Assembly (NCBI GenBank): GCA_964476065.1
Contig: CAYYYX010000003.1
Span: forward strand, 1,906-65,905
Length of the DNA: 64,000 nucleotides
Source: an uncultured Verrucomicrobiota bacterium
GTDB lineage: Bacteria; Verrucomicrobiota; Kiritimatiellia; Kiritimatiellales; Tichowtungiaceae
Direction of reading: 5' to 3'
Positions 8,658 through 16,859 of the stretch are shown here, piece after piece. The first letter of the stretch is position 1, and every line of letters starts with the position of its first letter. Both the position numbers and the translations under genes were made by a program. The notes beneath the pieces are model-generated. The model saw nothing but the letters and a program-made list of their open reading frames with translations. It was not told the DNA's origin and searched no databases.

Positions 8658-8751
8658 TTCCAAGGCTGGGAAAAACTGACGTTTATTTTTCCAATGGTTG
8701 GAGAAAATCGGTAGAACCTTTCCAATCATTGGAAAGCAACTGCGTTGCGGA
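8658..8751. repeat. Cluster of three TTCCAA-N3-TTGGAA motif copies (8658 and 8689 each with 1 mismatch, 8719 perfect) plus abutting palindrome GCAACTGCGTTGC
   Basis: tttccaaggctgggaaaa / ttttccaatggttggagaaaa / tttccaatcattggaaagcaactgcgttgc, directly after the phoR stop. Confidence 0.8.
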
Positions 8752-8774
8752 TTTAGATTTGTGAAAACAACCAG

Positions 8775-9608
8775 ATGAAGACAATTGCTATCATGGGACT
8801 GGGGCTGATGGGCTCCTCGCTGGGGCTCGCGCTGAAGAAGCGCGGAGTCGATGTGGAGGTCCGCGCCTATGCACGCCGCGCCGAAACTCGCGATGCGGCG
8901 CTGGAGGTCGGTGCGGCAGACGCCGTTTTCAGCGATCCGGTTGAAGCGGTCCAGGGTGCGGACATGGTTGTTTTCTGTGTTCCAATTTTAAAGATCCCCG
9001 AGCTGGCGAAGGCCTGTTTGTCTGGATTGAGCCCCGAAGCGGTTCTGACCGATGTTGGAAGCACCAAGGCTGAACTCGCTATCTTAATGGACGGCCTTCT
9101 CGCTGGAACCGATGTCGTATTTGTCGGCTCGCATCCGATCTGTGGTTCCGAGCAACAGGGGATTGAAGCGGGGAAATCCAATTTGTATAAGGGCGCGGTG
9201 ACGGTGGTGACTCCGCAGGCGGATGCGGTTGAAGGAACGGTCTCTGAAGTTTCCAACCTTTGGAAAAGTGTCGGGGCCAGCGTCCGCGTGATGAGCCCAG
9301 AAACACACGACGAAATTTTGGCCACGACCAGTCATTTGCCGCACATGGTCGCGGCGACATTGGTACGTTCTGTGAACGATGGTCTTTTTTGCGGAACCGG
9401 TTTTCTCGACACCACTCGTGTCGCGGCGGGATCGCCGGAGGTCTGGAGCGATATTGTCCAAACCAACGCGCCCGCGCTGAAGTCCGCGCTGAAAGTTTTT
9501 CAGGAACATCTCGATGAACTCAATTCACTGATCGATGCGGCTGACGGCGAAAAGCTGTCTGCATGGTTTGCCACTGCGCGCGATAAACGCAAGGAGCTTC
9601 TGGGTTAG
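8775..9608 (+). CDS. tyrA: Prephenate (or arogenate) dehydrogenase
   Basis: 277 aa. Rossmann N-terminus MKTIAIMGLGLMGSSLG, plus GSHPICG and TSHLPH motifs. Upstream of aroA. Confidence 0.8.
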   Translation: MKTIAIMGLGLMGSSLGLALKKRGVDVEVRAYARRAETRDAALEVGAADAVFSDPVEAVQGADMVVFCVPILKIPELAKACLSGLSPEAVLTDVGSTKAELAILMDGLLAGTDVVFVGSHPICGSEQQGIEAGKSNLYKGAVTVVTPQADAVEGTVSEVSNLWKSVGASVRVMSPETHDEILATTSHLPHMVAATLVRSVNDGLFCGTGFLDTTRVAAGSPEVWSDIVQTNAPALKSALKVFQEHLDELNSLIDAADGEKLSAWFATARDKRKELLG

Positions 9609-9652
9609 CGCCCGCAGGATGTCTGGTGCCTAAAGAGGATTTACAAAATCAT

Positions 9653-10960
9653 ATGCATTTAAAAACGATCCATCCTGTTACAGCTTTTGGCGGAGAACTC
9701 CGCGTTCCCGGCGATAAAAGCGTTTCGCAGCGTATCGCCATGCTGGCGGCGCTGGCGAAAGGCACCTCTGTGATTCAAGGCTTCCTGACCGGTGAAGATG
9801 CGATGAGTACGCTCCATGCGGTTTGCGCGCTCGGGGCGTCGTCGAAATTCGAAGGCGATGTGCTGAAGATCACCGGCACCGGCGGAAAATTTAAAGAACC
9901 GGCTAATCCGCTCGACATGGGAAATTCCGGAACCGGGACGCGCTTGCTGGCGGGGTTGCTCGCTGGGCAGAAGATGACGGTGACGATGACGGGCGATGAA
10001 TCGCTTTCGCGCCGTCCGATGGGTCGGATTAAAGATCCGCTCGAAGAAATGGGCGCGGCCATTGAGCTGACAGGCGAGGAGGGAACACTCCCCATGACGA
10101 TTTCTGGAACGCCGTTGCACGGAATCCGCTACGAGCTTCCCATGGCTTCGGCGCAGGTGAAGTCGGCCGTTCTTCTGGCCGGCCTGTTTGCGGAAGGCAA
10201 GACGACGGTGGTTGAGCCGCGCCCGACCCGCGACCATACCGAAAAACTTTTCCAAGCCTTGGAAATTCCGCTGACGGTGGACGGGCTGGAGATCAGCCTG
10301 CAGGGCTTCGGCCCCAACGGCCCGGAGATTGAGGCCTGTAATTTGACCGTGCCGGGCGATTTTTCGTCGGCCGCGTTCTGGATTGCCGCCACCGCTGCGC
10401 GCCCCGGCGCAGAGCTGATTGTTCGCGATGTTGGCCTGAATCCGCGGCGCACTGCATTACTCGATGTGCTGAGCCGGATGGGTGCGCTGATTGAAACGGA
10501 GATGAGCGAGGAAGAGGGCGACCCGATCGGGACTGTCTTTGTCCGCGGGACTCCGCTTCGCGGAACGGAAATTTCCGGTGATGAAATTCCAAATTTAATT
10601 GATGAGCTTCCGATGATCGCGGCGCTCGGCGCACTGGCCGAGGGTGAAACGGTGATTCGCGATGCGGCAGAACTGCGCGTGAAGGAGTCGGACCGTATTG
10701 CGGTGACAGCGGCTCATCTGCGCGCGCTTGGCGTGGAGGTGGAAGAACATCCCGATGGAATGACGGTGCGCGGCCCGGCGGAGCTGACCGCGCCGGACGA
10801 AGCGCTGGCATCGCACGGGGATCACCGAATTGCGATGTCAATGGCGATCCTGGCAACGTTTGCCAATGCGCCGGTACGGATCGACAATGTGGATTGCGTG
10901 GCAACCTCGTATCCCGAGTTTTGGAGCCATTTAGAACAGTTGGGTGGCGAGGTTTCATAA
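9653..10960 (+). CDS. aroA: 3-phosphoshikimate 1-carboxyvinyltransferase (EPSP synthase)
   Basis: LRVPGDKSVSQR, LDMGNSGTGTRLL, ELRVKESDRI motifs. Start chosen at ATG 9653; the ORF track allows GTG 9626. Confidence 0.9.
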   Translation: MHLKTIHPVTAFGGELRVPGDKSVSQRIAMLAALAKGTSVIQGFLTGEDAMSTLHAVCALGASSKFEGDVLKITGTGGKFKEPANPLDMGNSGTGTRLLAGLLAGQKMTVTMTGDESLSRRPMGRIKDPLEEMGAAIELTGEEGTLPMTISGTPLHGIRYELPMASAQVKSAVLLAGLFAEGKTTVVEPRPTRDHTEKLFQALEIPLTVDGLEISLQGFGPNGPEIEACNLTVPGDFSSAAFWIAATAARPGAELIVRDVGLNPRRTALLDVLSRMGALIETEMSEEEGDPIGTVFVRGTPLRGTEISGDEIPNLIDELPMIAALGALAEGETVIRDAAELRVKESDRIAVTAAHLRALGVEVEEHPDGMTVRGPAELTAPDEALASHGDHRIAMSMAILATFANAPVRIDNVDCVATSYPEFWSHLEQLGGEVS

Positions 10961-10998
10961 GAAGCGGCTTATGATGTTTTGTTGTTTACATCGGATGT

Positions 10999-11021
10999 AT
11001 GGCAACTATCATAGTTGGCAT
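10999..11021 (+). promoter_or_regulatory. Imperfect palindrome ATGGCAACTA-TCA-TAGTTGGCAT upstream of the Phd-type antitoxin (candidate autoregulatory operator)
   Basis: Read directly. Lies 16 nt upstream of the antitoxin ATG. Type II antitoxins typically bind palindromes in their own promoter. Confidence 0.3.
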
Positions 11022-11036
11022 GTTTTGGAGGCAGTT

Positions 11037-11294
11037 ATGACTACGGTAACAACATTAGATGTTCGCAGGCACTTGGGTGATATTCTGAACCGGGTGTCCA
11101 TTCGACATGATGAGTATATTATTGAACGTAAAGGTAAGCCGTTGGCAGCAATGGTTCCGGTGAGCAGGTTGGAGGCGATGCGCCGCGCGGCCAAGGCTCA
11201 TTTGCTGGATGTTCTTGGCGGAGAGAATTTGATGAGTGACGAAGAGGCGATGGCGCTGGCCAACGAAGCGAAACACGCCTCACGGAGAGCATAG
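11037..11294 (+). CDS. Type II antitoxin, Phd/YefM family
   Basis: 85 aa. MTTVTTLDVRRHLGDILNRVSIRHDEYIIERKGKPLAAMVPVSRLE is typical Phd/YefM. GGAGG ribosome-binding site. Stop is 4 nt before the toxin ATG. Confidence 0.8.
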   Translation: MTTVTTLDVRRHLGDILNRVSIRHDEYIIERKGKPLAAMVPVSRLEAMRRAAKAHLLDVLGGENLMSDEEAMALANEAKHASRRA

Positions 11295-11298
11295 TCCT

Positions 11299-11727
11299 AT
11301 GCGGGTTGTTGTGGATTCCAATGTGTTTGTCAGTGCTCTGATGACTCCGAAGGGAACATCCGGTACGCTGCTGCGAAAGTTGGTGGAGGATGACCGGACG
11401 GTTTTCCTCGTTTCCCGCGAGACAATGGGCGAGTTAAAGCGGGTTTTGATGTATCCCAAAATCGTTAAATTACTGAAGTATTCTCCCAACGATGTGGCAA
11501 GTTTCTTAAGTTCAGTTGAAATGCTTGCGGAAGAGGTGGATGAGGTGCAGCCGGTTTTGCATGTCGAATGTCGCGATCCGGATGATGTGAAATTTATGTC
11601 GCTTGCGGTTTCTGGACGGGCGGATTTTTTGATTACGGGGGATGAAGATTTACTGGTTTTGGGGAAGATAGAGGAAATACCTGTGGTTACCCCAGCACAG
11701 TACCTTTCTCAGCTTGAAGGAGTGTAA
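11299..11727 (+). CDS. PIN-domain toxin (COG1569/TIGR00305-like)
   Basis: 142 aa. MRVVVDSNVFVSALMTPKGTSG...DPDDVKFMSLAV...ADFLITGDEDLL carries the acidic PIN residues. Confidence 0.75.
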   Translation: MRVVVDSNVFVSALMTPKGTSGTLLRKLVEDDRTVFLVSRETMGELKRVLMYPKIVKLLKYSPNDVASFLSSVEMLAEEVDEVQPVLHVECRDPDDVKFMSLAVSGRADFLITGDEDLLVLGKIEEIPVVTPAQYLSQLEGV

Positions 11728-13058
11728 TGAGTAAAAAGAGAATTATAGCAATTGACGGGCCGGCGGCCTCTGGAAAATCCACGGTGGCACGCGCGGTGGC
11801 CAAGGAGTTGGATTGTACCTTCGTGGATTCGGGCGCGTTTTATCGTGGCGTAACGTGGGCGGCTCTTCGCATCGGCGCATCGGCGAAGAATTCGACAGAG
11901 GTTTTGTCGGCATTGAAAAAGTCGAAGTGGAATGTTTTTGTGCGCGATGGTGCAGTGGTGTTTTCCATTGACGGGTTGGAGCCGGATGATGAGTTGCGCG
12001 GGAAAGAGGTTCGCGAGGCGGTGGCCGATGTAGCCGTCATTCCCGCCGTGCGTACCTTTGTGGTGAAGAAATTGAGATCCCTGAAAAAATTTGGTTCCAT
12101 CTCTATTGAGGGCCGTGATATCGGCTCAGTCGTTTTCCAAAAGACTCCATTTAAATTTTATCTGGACGCCACCCCCGAGGAGCGGGCGAAACGCCGCCAT
12201 GCGGAGCTGGTCGCGAAGGGGGAAACCGAAAAGGCGCAGGAAGTGATGGATTCCTTGCAGCGGCGGGACGAAAAAGATTCTTCGCGCAAAACGGCACCTC
12301 TGATGGTGGCGGAAGGCGCGTATGTGATCGACACCTCCGGGCAGAGCATCGAAGAGGTTACGCAGACGGTTTCGAACCGCATTGCTGAATTAGAAACGCC
12401 GCATACGGAAGTGCTCGGAAGTCCGCGCTTCTATCGAGTGGCCTGTGATTTCTTAGAGCTTTTTCTGAAAACTTCAAATCGGTTAAAGGTGATCGGTGAA
12501 GGAAATATTCCTAAAGCTGGCGGATTGATTGTGGCTTCGAACCATTCTAGCTATCTCGATCCACCGGCAGTCGGCGCGGCGACCCGCCTTGTGCGCACCA
12601 CCCATTTTATGGCGAGGGACACACTTTTCAAAAAACCTCTGATGGGGTGGTTTCTGCGAAATGTGGGGGTGATTGCGCTGGATAGAGAAAAAGGCGATGT
12701 GCGGGCCATGCGAAAGGCGATTCAGCTTTTGAAGGGGGGCGCATCCGTTGCGTTGTTTCCGGAAGGGACGCGTTCGGAGGATGGGACGTTGCAACCGCCG
12801 AAGCCGGGCATCGGATTTCTCGTCGCCAAAGGGCAAACACCGGTGCTTCCGGTTTATGTTCACGGATCGTATGCCGCGTGGTCAAAAAGTAGCGGGGGCT
12901 TGAAGCATCTGCCCATTACCGTGATCATTGGACGATTGATCACACGCGAAGAAATTCAGCGCCTCGGGAAAGGCCGCGAGGCCTACACAAAAATCGGCGA
13001 GTTGATTATGGAGCGTATTGCGGAACAAAAAGAAAACTTTGAAAAAGGACAAAATTGA
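11727..13058 (+). CDS. cmk: Bifunctional fusion: cytidylate kinase (N-terminal) and 1-acyl-sn-glycerol-3-phosphate acyltransferase (C-terminal)
   Basis: N-terminus IAIDGPAASGKSTVARAVA...EGRDIGSVVF...RRHAEL is Cmk-like. C-terminus has the PlsC motifs ASNHSSYLDP (HX4D block) and FPEGTRSEDG. One uninterrupted 443-aa ORF. Confidence 0.8.
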   Translation: MSKKRIIAIDGPAASGKSTVARAVAKELDCTFVDSGAFYRGVTWAALRIGASAKNSTEVLSALKKSKWNVFVRDGAVVFSIDGLEPDDELRGKEVREAVADVAVIPAVRTFVVKKLRSLKKFGSISIEGRDIGSVVFQKTPFKFYLDATPEERAKRRHAELVAKGETEKAQEVMDSLQRRDEKDSSRKTAPLMVAEGAYVIDTSGQSIEEVTQTVSNRIAELETPHTEVLGSPRFYRVACDFLELFLKTSNRLKVIGEGNIPKAGGLIVASNHSSYLDPPAVGAATRLVRTTHFMARDTLFKKPLMGWFLRNVGVIALDREKGDVRAMRKAIQLLKGGASVALFPEGTRSEDGTLQPPKPGIGFLVAKGQTPVLPVYVHGSYAAWSKSSGGLKHLPITVIIGRLITREEIQRLGKGREAYTKIGELIMERIAEQKENFEKGQN

Positions 13059-14563
13059 TGAGTAAGCAGACAAAAACAGCAATTTCCCCGACCCGTGAAG
13101 AGAATTATCCAGAGTGGTATCAGCAGGTGGTTCGCCACGCCGAATTGGCGGAAAACAGCGACGTGCGCGGGTGCATGGTGATTAAGCCGTGGGGCTACGC
13201 TCTTTGGGAAAATATCCGCACCGGACTGGATCGGTTTTTCAAGGAAACGGGCCATTCGAACGCATATTTTCCTTTGTTTATCCCTGTGAGTTATTTGGAG
13301 AAAGAGGCCGAGCATGTCGATGGCTTTGCCAAAGAGTGCGCGGTGGTGACCCATCATCGGTTAGAGCAGAACGCAGACGGCAAGTTGATTCCGGCCGGCA
13401 AATTGGATGAGCCGCTGGTGGTGCGCCCCACATCCGAAACCATCATTGGTGCGACCTATGCCAAGTGGGTGCAGAGCTACCGTGATTTGCCGATTCTCAT
13501 TAACCAGTGGGCCAATGTCGTTCGCTGGGAGATGCGCACGCGTCTGTTTTTACGGACCGCTGAGTTCCTTTGGCAGGAGGGTCACACCGTCCACGAAACC
13601 AAAGACGAGGCGTGGGAAGAAACGGTCAAAATGTTGAATGTCTATAAACAGTTCGCCGAGGAGTACATGGCGATGCCCGTGCTGACGGGTGAGAAAACGG
13701 CCGGCGAGCGTTTTCCCGGTGCGGTCAACACGCTGTGCATCGAAGCGATGATGCAGGACTGCAAAGCGCTGCAGGCAGGAACCAGCCACTTCCTCGGTCA
13801 GAATTTTGCCAAAGCCTCGGGAATTAAGTTCCAGTCGCGCGAAGGCCGCGAGGAAGTTGCGTGGACGACTTCCTGGGGTGTTTCAACGCGTTTGATCGGC
13901 GGAATGATTATGACGCACGGCGACGATGACGGAATGATCATGCCGCCGCGCCTCGCGCCGAGCCATGTTGTGATTCTTCCGATTCTCCGGAAAGGTGCCG
14001 ATGAAGACGCCATTTTGAAGTACTGCCATGAGACTGCCGCGATGCTTCGTGAGCAGACCTATGCCGGTCGACCGGTGGAGGTTGTGGTGGACAGTCGCGA
14101 TGTGAATGCCGGCGAAAAAGGCTGGGGCTGGGTCAAAAAAGGTATTCCGGTTCGTGTTGAAATCGGTCCGCGCGATATGGAAAGCAATTCGGTTTTTGTG
14201 GCGCGCCGCGATAAGGGGCCGAAGGAAAAGTACGGTCAGGATCGTGTAGAGTTTGCCGCCTCCATTCCTTCGGTGCTCGAAGAAATGCAACAGGGACTCT
14301 TCGAGCGGGCCTGTGCCTTTCGCACAGAGCATACTCGTGAGATTAATGGCTGGGAAGATTTCGTCGATTTCTTTAAGACGGGGGCTGGCGGGTTTGCCTT
14401 GGCGCATTGGGATGGAACGGAAGAGACAGAGAAAAAGATTAACGATGAATTGTCTGTAACGATTCGTTGTATTCCGTTTGATTACGAGGATTCAGGTTCG
14501 GGCGAATGTATCGTGAGCGGTAAGCCGAGTAAGGGCCGCGTTGTGTTTTCAAAAAGCTATTAG
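13055..14563 (+). CDS. proS: Proline--tRNA ligase (archaeal/eukaryote-like type with C-terminal Tyr)
   Basis: 502 aa. ...NYPEWYQQVVRHAELAE...RGCMVIKPWGYALWE.... Class II motifs present. Ends ...SKSY. Confidence 0.88.
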   Translation: MMSKQTKTAISPTREENYPEWYQQVVRHAELAENSDVRGCMVIKPWGYALWENIRTGLDRFFKETGHSNAYFPLFIPVSYLEKEAEHVDGFAKECAVVTHHRLEQNADGKLIPAGKLDEPLVVRPTSETIIGATYAKWVQSYRDLPILINQWANVVRWEMRTRLFLRTAEFLWQEGHTVHETKDEAWEETVKMLNVYKQFAEEYMAMPVLTGEKTAGERFPGAVNTLCIEAMMQDCKALQAGTSHFLGQNFAKASGIKFQSREGREEVAWTTSWGVSTRLIGGMIMTHGDDDGMIMPPRLAPSHVVILPILRKGADEDAILKYCHETAAMLREQTYAGRPVEVVVDSRDVNAGEKGWGWVKKGIPVRVEIGPRDMESNSVFVARRDKGPKEKYGQDRVEFAASIPSVLEEMQQGLFERACAFRTEHTREINGWEDFVDFFKTGAGGFALAHWDGTEETEKKINDELSVTIRCIPFDYEDSGSGECIVSGKPSKGRVVFSKSY

Positions 14564-14581
14564 TTGAAAGAGGAGCGTACG

Positions 14582-15169
14582 ATGGCAAAAGGACGATTTA
14601 ATATTAAGGGAACCAAGGACTTTTTGGTCATGGCTGTGTTTTGTGCATTCCTCTGTCTCTGGTCGGTTCGGGATGCTTGGTTCCCCTCCAAAAAGGTTTT
14701 GGAAAAACATCCGCAGACCGTCGAAGTCGCTATGGAAGTCTCAGGGGTGATTAAATCGCTTCCGCTGCATCCAGGTGAAGAGTTTGCTGGAGCCGTCGTT
14801 CTAGCCACGATTTATGATGACTCGTATCGAGAGGCCCTCGCATTAGCGGAAGCTGAATTTACGGAGGCCAAAGAAACGCGGGTGGGAGTCGAGGTGGCAC
14901 TTGAAAAAGTGCTGGCTGCGCGTGAGGCGTTGAAATCCTGCTCGTTAAGAAATACAGATATTATAATGGAAACCTCTCACGGCGAAGATGCGTTGGCTGG
15001 GAAAGTTTTGAAGCATCTGGTGAAACGCGCAACACACGTAGATGCAGGGGATCCGGTTCTCTTGGTTCAGCCGAAGGACACCTTTTATGCGTTCAACAAG
15101 TCACTCGCACTGTTCTCTTTCATGGGCCTTGTCGTGGCGCTGGTCTTCCACCGGATCGCCTCTCATTAG
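14582..15169 (+). CDS. Hypothetical membrane protein (N- and C-terminal TM segments, coiled middle)
   Basis: ORF with a GAGGAG ribosome-binding site before ATG 14582. No family recognised. Confidence 0.5.
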   Translation: MAKGRFNIKGTKDFLVMAVFCAFLCLWSVRDAWFPSKKVLEKHPQTVEVAMEVSGVIKSLPLHPGEEFAGAVVLATIYDDSYREALALAEAEFTEAKETRVGVEVALEKVLAAREALKSCSLRNTDIIMETSHGEDALAGKVLKHLVKRATHVDAGDPVLLVQPKDTFYAFNKSLALFSFMGLVVALVFHRIASH

Positions 15170-15190
15170 TAAAGGTTTCCGATATAGGAC

Positions 15191-15218
15191 TTGACCGAAT
15201 TCTGATCATCACTAAGAT
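15191..15218 (+). promoter_or_regulatory. Sigma70-like promoter for the HU gene (TTGACC-16 nt-TAAGAT)
   Basis: Read directly. About 70 nt upstream of the ATG. Confidence 0.35.
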
Positions 15219-15286
15219 AACTCACTTGTCTAGGTGCTGTAACCTGTTACAGCCAAGACGATTCTAAATGGAATGGGAGAGGGAAA

Positions 15287-15568
15287 ATGACAAAGAGAGA
15301 GTTAGTGGTTCGCATCGCAGAAGAAACGGGTCTAATCCAGCAGGATGTTATGGCCGTTCTTCAAAAGTCGCTTGATCATATTACTGAAGCGTTGGAAAAA
15401 GGTGAAACCGTTGAGTTTCGGAATTTCGGTGTTTTTGAAATCGCCGTTCGAAAGTCACGGATCGGCCGCAACCCCAACAAACCCGAAGACGTCGTCACCA
15501 TTCCTGAACGCCGAGTGGTTAAATTCAAGCCCGGCAAAATCATGAAGCAACGCATCACCGGCATTTAA
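15287..15568 (+). CDS. HU/IHF-family DNA-binding protein
   Basis: 93 aa. MTKRELVVRIAEETGL...VEFRNFGVFEIAVRKSRIGRNPNKPEDVVTIPERRVVKFKPGK. Confidence 0.88.
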   Translation: MTKRELVVRIAEETGLIQQDVMAVLQKSLDHITEALEKGETVEFRNFGVFEIAVRKSRIGRNPNKPEDVVTIPERRVVKFKPGKIMKQRITGI

Positions 15569-15581
15569 GAGACCTTTTACC

Positions 15582-16826
15582 ATGTCCTCAAGTTCCTTTC
15601 AGCCCCTTCAGGGCATGTCCGACATTGCCTCGCCGGATATTTATTTCTGGCAGATGATCGAAGAACGTGCGCGCGAAATTTTCGCGCGTTACCGCTTTCA
15701 GGAGATCCGTACGCCCATCCTCGAAAAGACCGCTCTGTTCACCCATTCGCTGGGCGACACCACCGATGTGGTGACCAAAGAGATGTACAGTTTGGAAGAC
15801 CGTGGCGGCCGCAGGCTTTCTTTGCGCCCCGAGGGAACCGCCGGAGCGGTTCGAACGTTGGCTGCTGGGAGTGAAGAGACTGCGAATGCTCGGGTCTACT
15901 ACATGGGCCCTATGTTCCGGTGCGAACGTCCGCAAGCCGGTCGTAAACGTCAGTTTCATCAAATCGGAGTCGAAGCCATTGGTGCACCCAATCCGCGGGC
16001 CGATGCCGAAGTGATCGCGTTGCAACTTCACCTCCTTTCCGCATGGGGACTCGACGGTGCAAAAATCCGATTGAACACCATTGGTCTTCCTGAAGATCGC
16101 GCCGCCGTGCTCGAGGGGCTACGCGAAGCGATTCGTCCGCGATTAAGCGAACTGCCCGAAGAGGCACAGCTACGATTTGAAACCAATGTTCTCCGCTTAC
16201 TCGATTCCAAAGACGAAGCGGTGCAGAAGGTGATTGCCGATGTGCCGCCCGTCATAGAATTTATGAGCGCCGAGTCGCGCGCTTATCTCGACACCGTTAT
16301 CGAGACGCTTCGGAGTCTCAAAATTGATGTGGAAGTTGACCCAAGCCTCGTGCGCGGGCTCGACTATTACGTTCACACCGTTTGGGAAGTCGTTCACGGC
16401 GGCCTTGGCGCACAGAACGCGATTTCCGGCGGTGGTCGCTACCGCATTCAAATCGGCAACAAAACGATCGACGGCGTGGGCTTTGCGATGGGGGTCGAAC
16501 GAATGATCTCCGCGCTTCAATCCAATGGAATCGGCGCGGATCAATTTGCACCCAAACCCGCCGTATTTATTGTTTCGCTCGGCGAAGAAGCCTTGAAGGA
16601 AAATATGCTCTTGGCCCAGATGCTTCGTCAGCGCGGCATCGCTTGCGAAATGGAACTGACCAACCGCAAAGTCAAAGCGCAGATGAAACGCGCCAATAAA
16701 AATGGTGCGAAGCTCGTCATCATTCGTGGCGACATTGAACTGGAAAAAGGAATTTTTGTCCTTAAGGACATGAACGAAGGCACGCAACGCGAGGTGGAGC
16801 TGCCAGATCTAATGGAACTTCTGTAA
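15582..16826 (+). CDS. hisS: Histidine--tRNA ligase
   Basis: 414 aa. LRPEGTA, FRCERPQAGRKRQFHQ, GGGRY motifs. Confidence 0.9.
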   Translation: MSSSSFQPLQGMSDIASPDIYFWQMIEERAREIFARYRFQEIRTPILEKTALFTHSLGDTTDVVTKEMYSLEDRGGRRLSLRPEGTAGAVRTLAAGSEETANARVYYMGPMFRCERPQAGRKRQFHQIGVEAIGAPNPRADAEVIALQLHLLSAWGLDGAKIRLNTIGLPEDRAAVLEGLREAIRPRLSELPEEAQLRFETNVLRLLDSKDEAVQKVIADVPPVIEFMSAESRAYLDTVIETLRSLKIDVEVDPSLVRGLDYYVHTVWEVVHGGLGAQNAISGGGRYRIQIGNKTIDGVGFAMGVERMISALQSNGIGADQFAPKPAVFIVSLGEEALKENMLLAQMLRQRGIACEMELTNRKVKAQMKRANKNGAKLVIIRGDIELEKGIFVLKDMNEGTQREVELPDLMELL

Positions 16827-16859
16827 GGGCGAGATGCATCTCGCCCCTGCAAATAAAAA

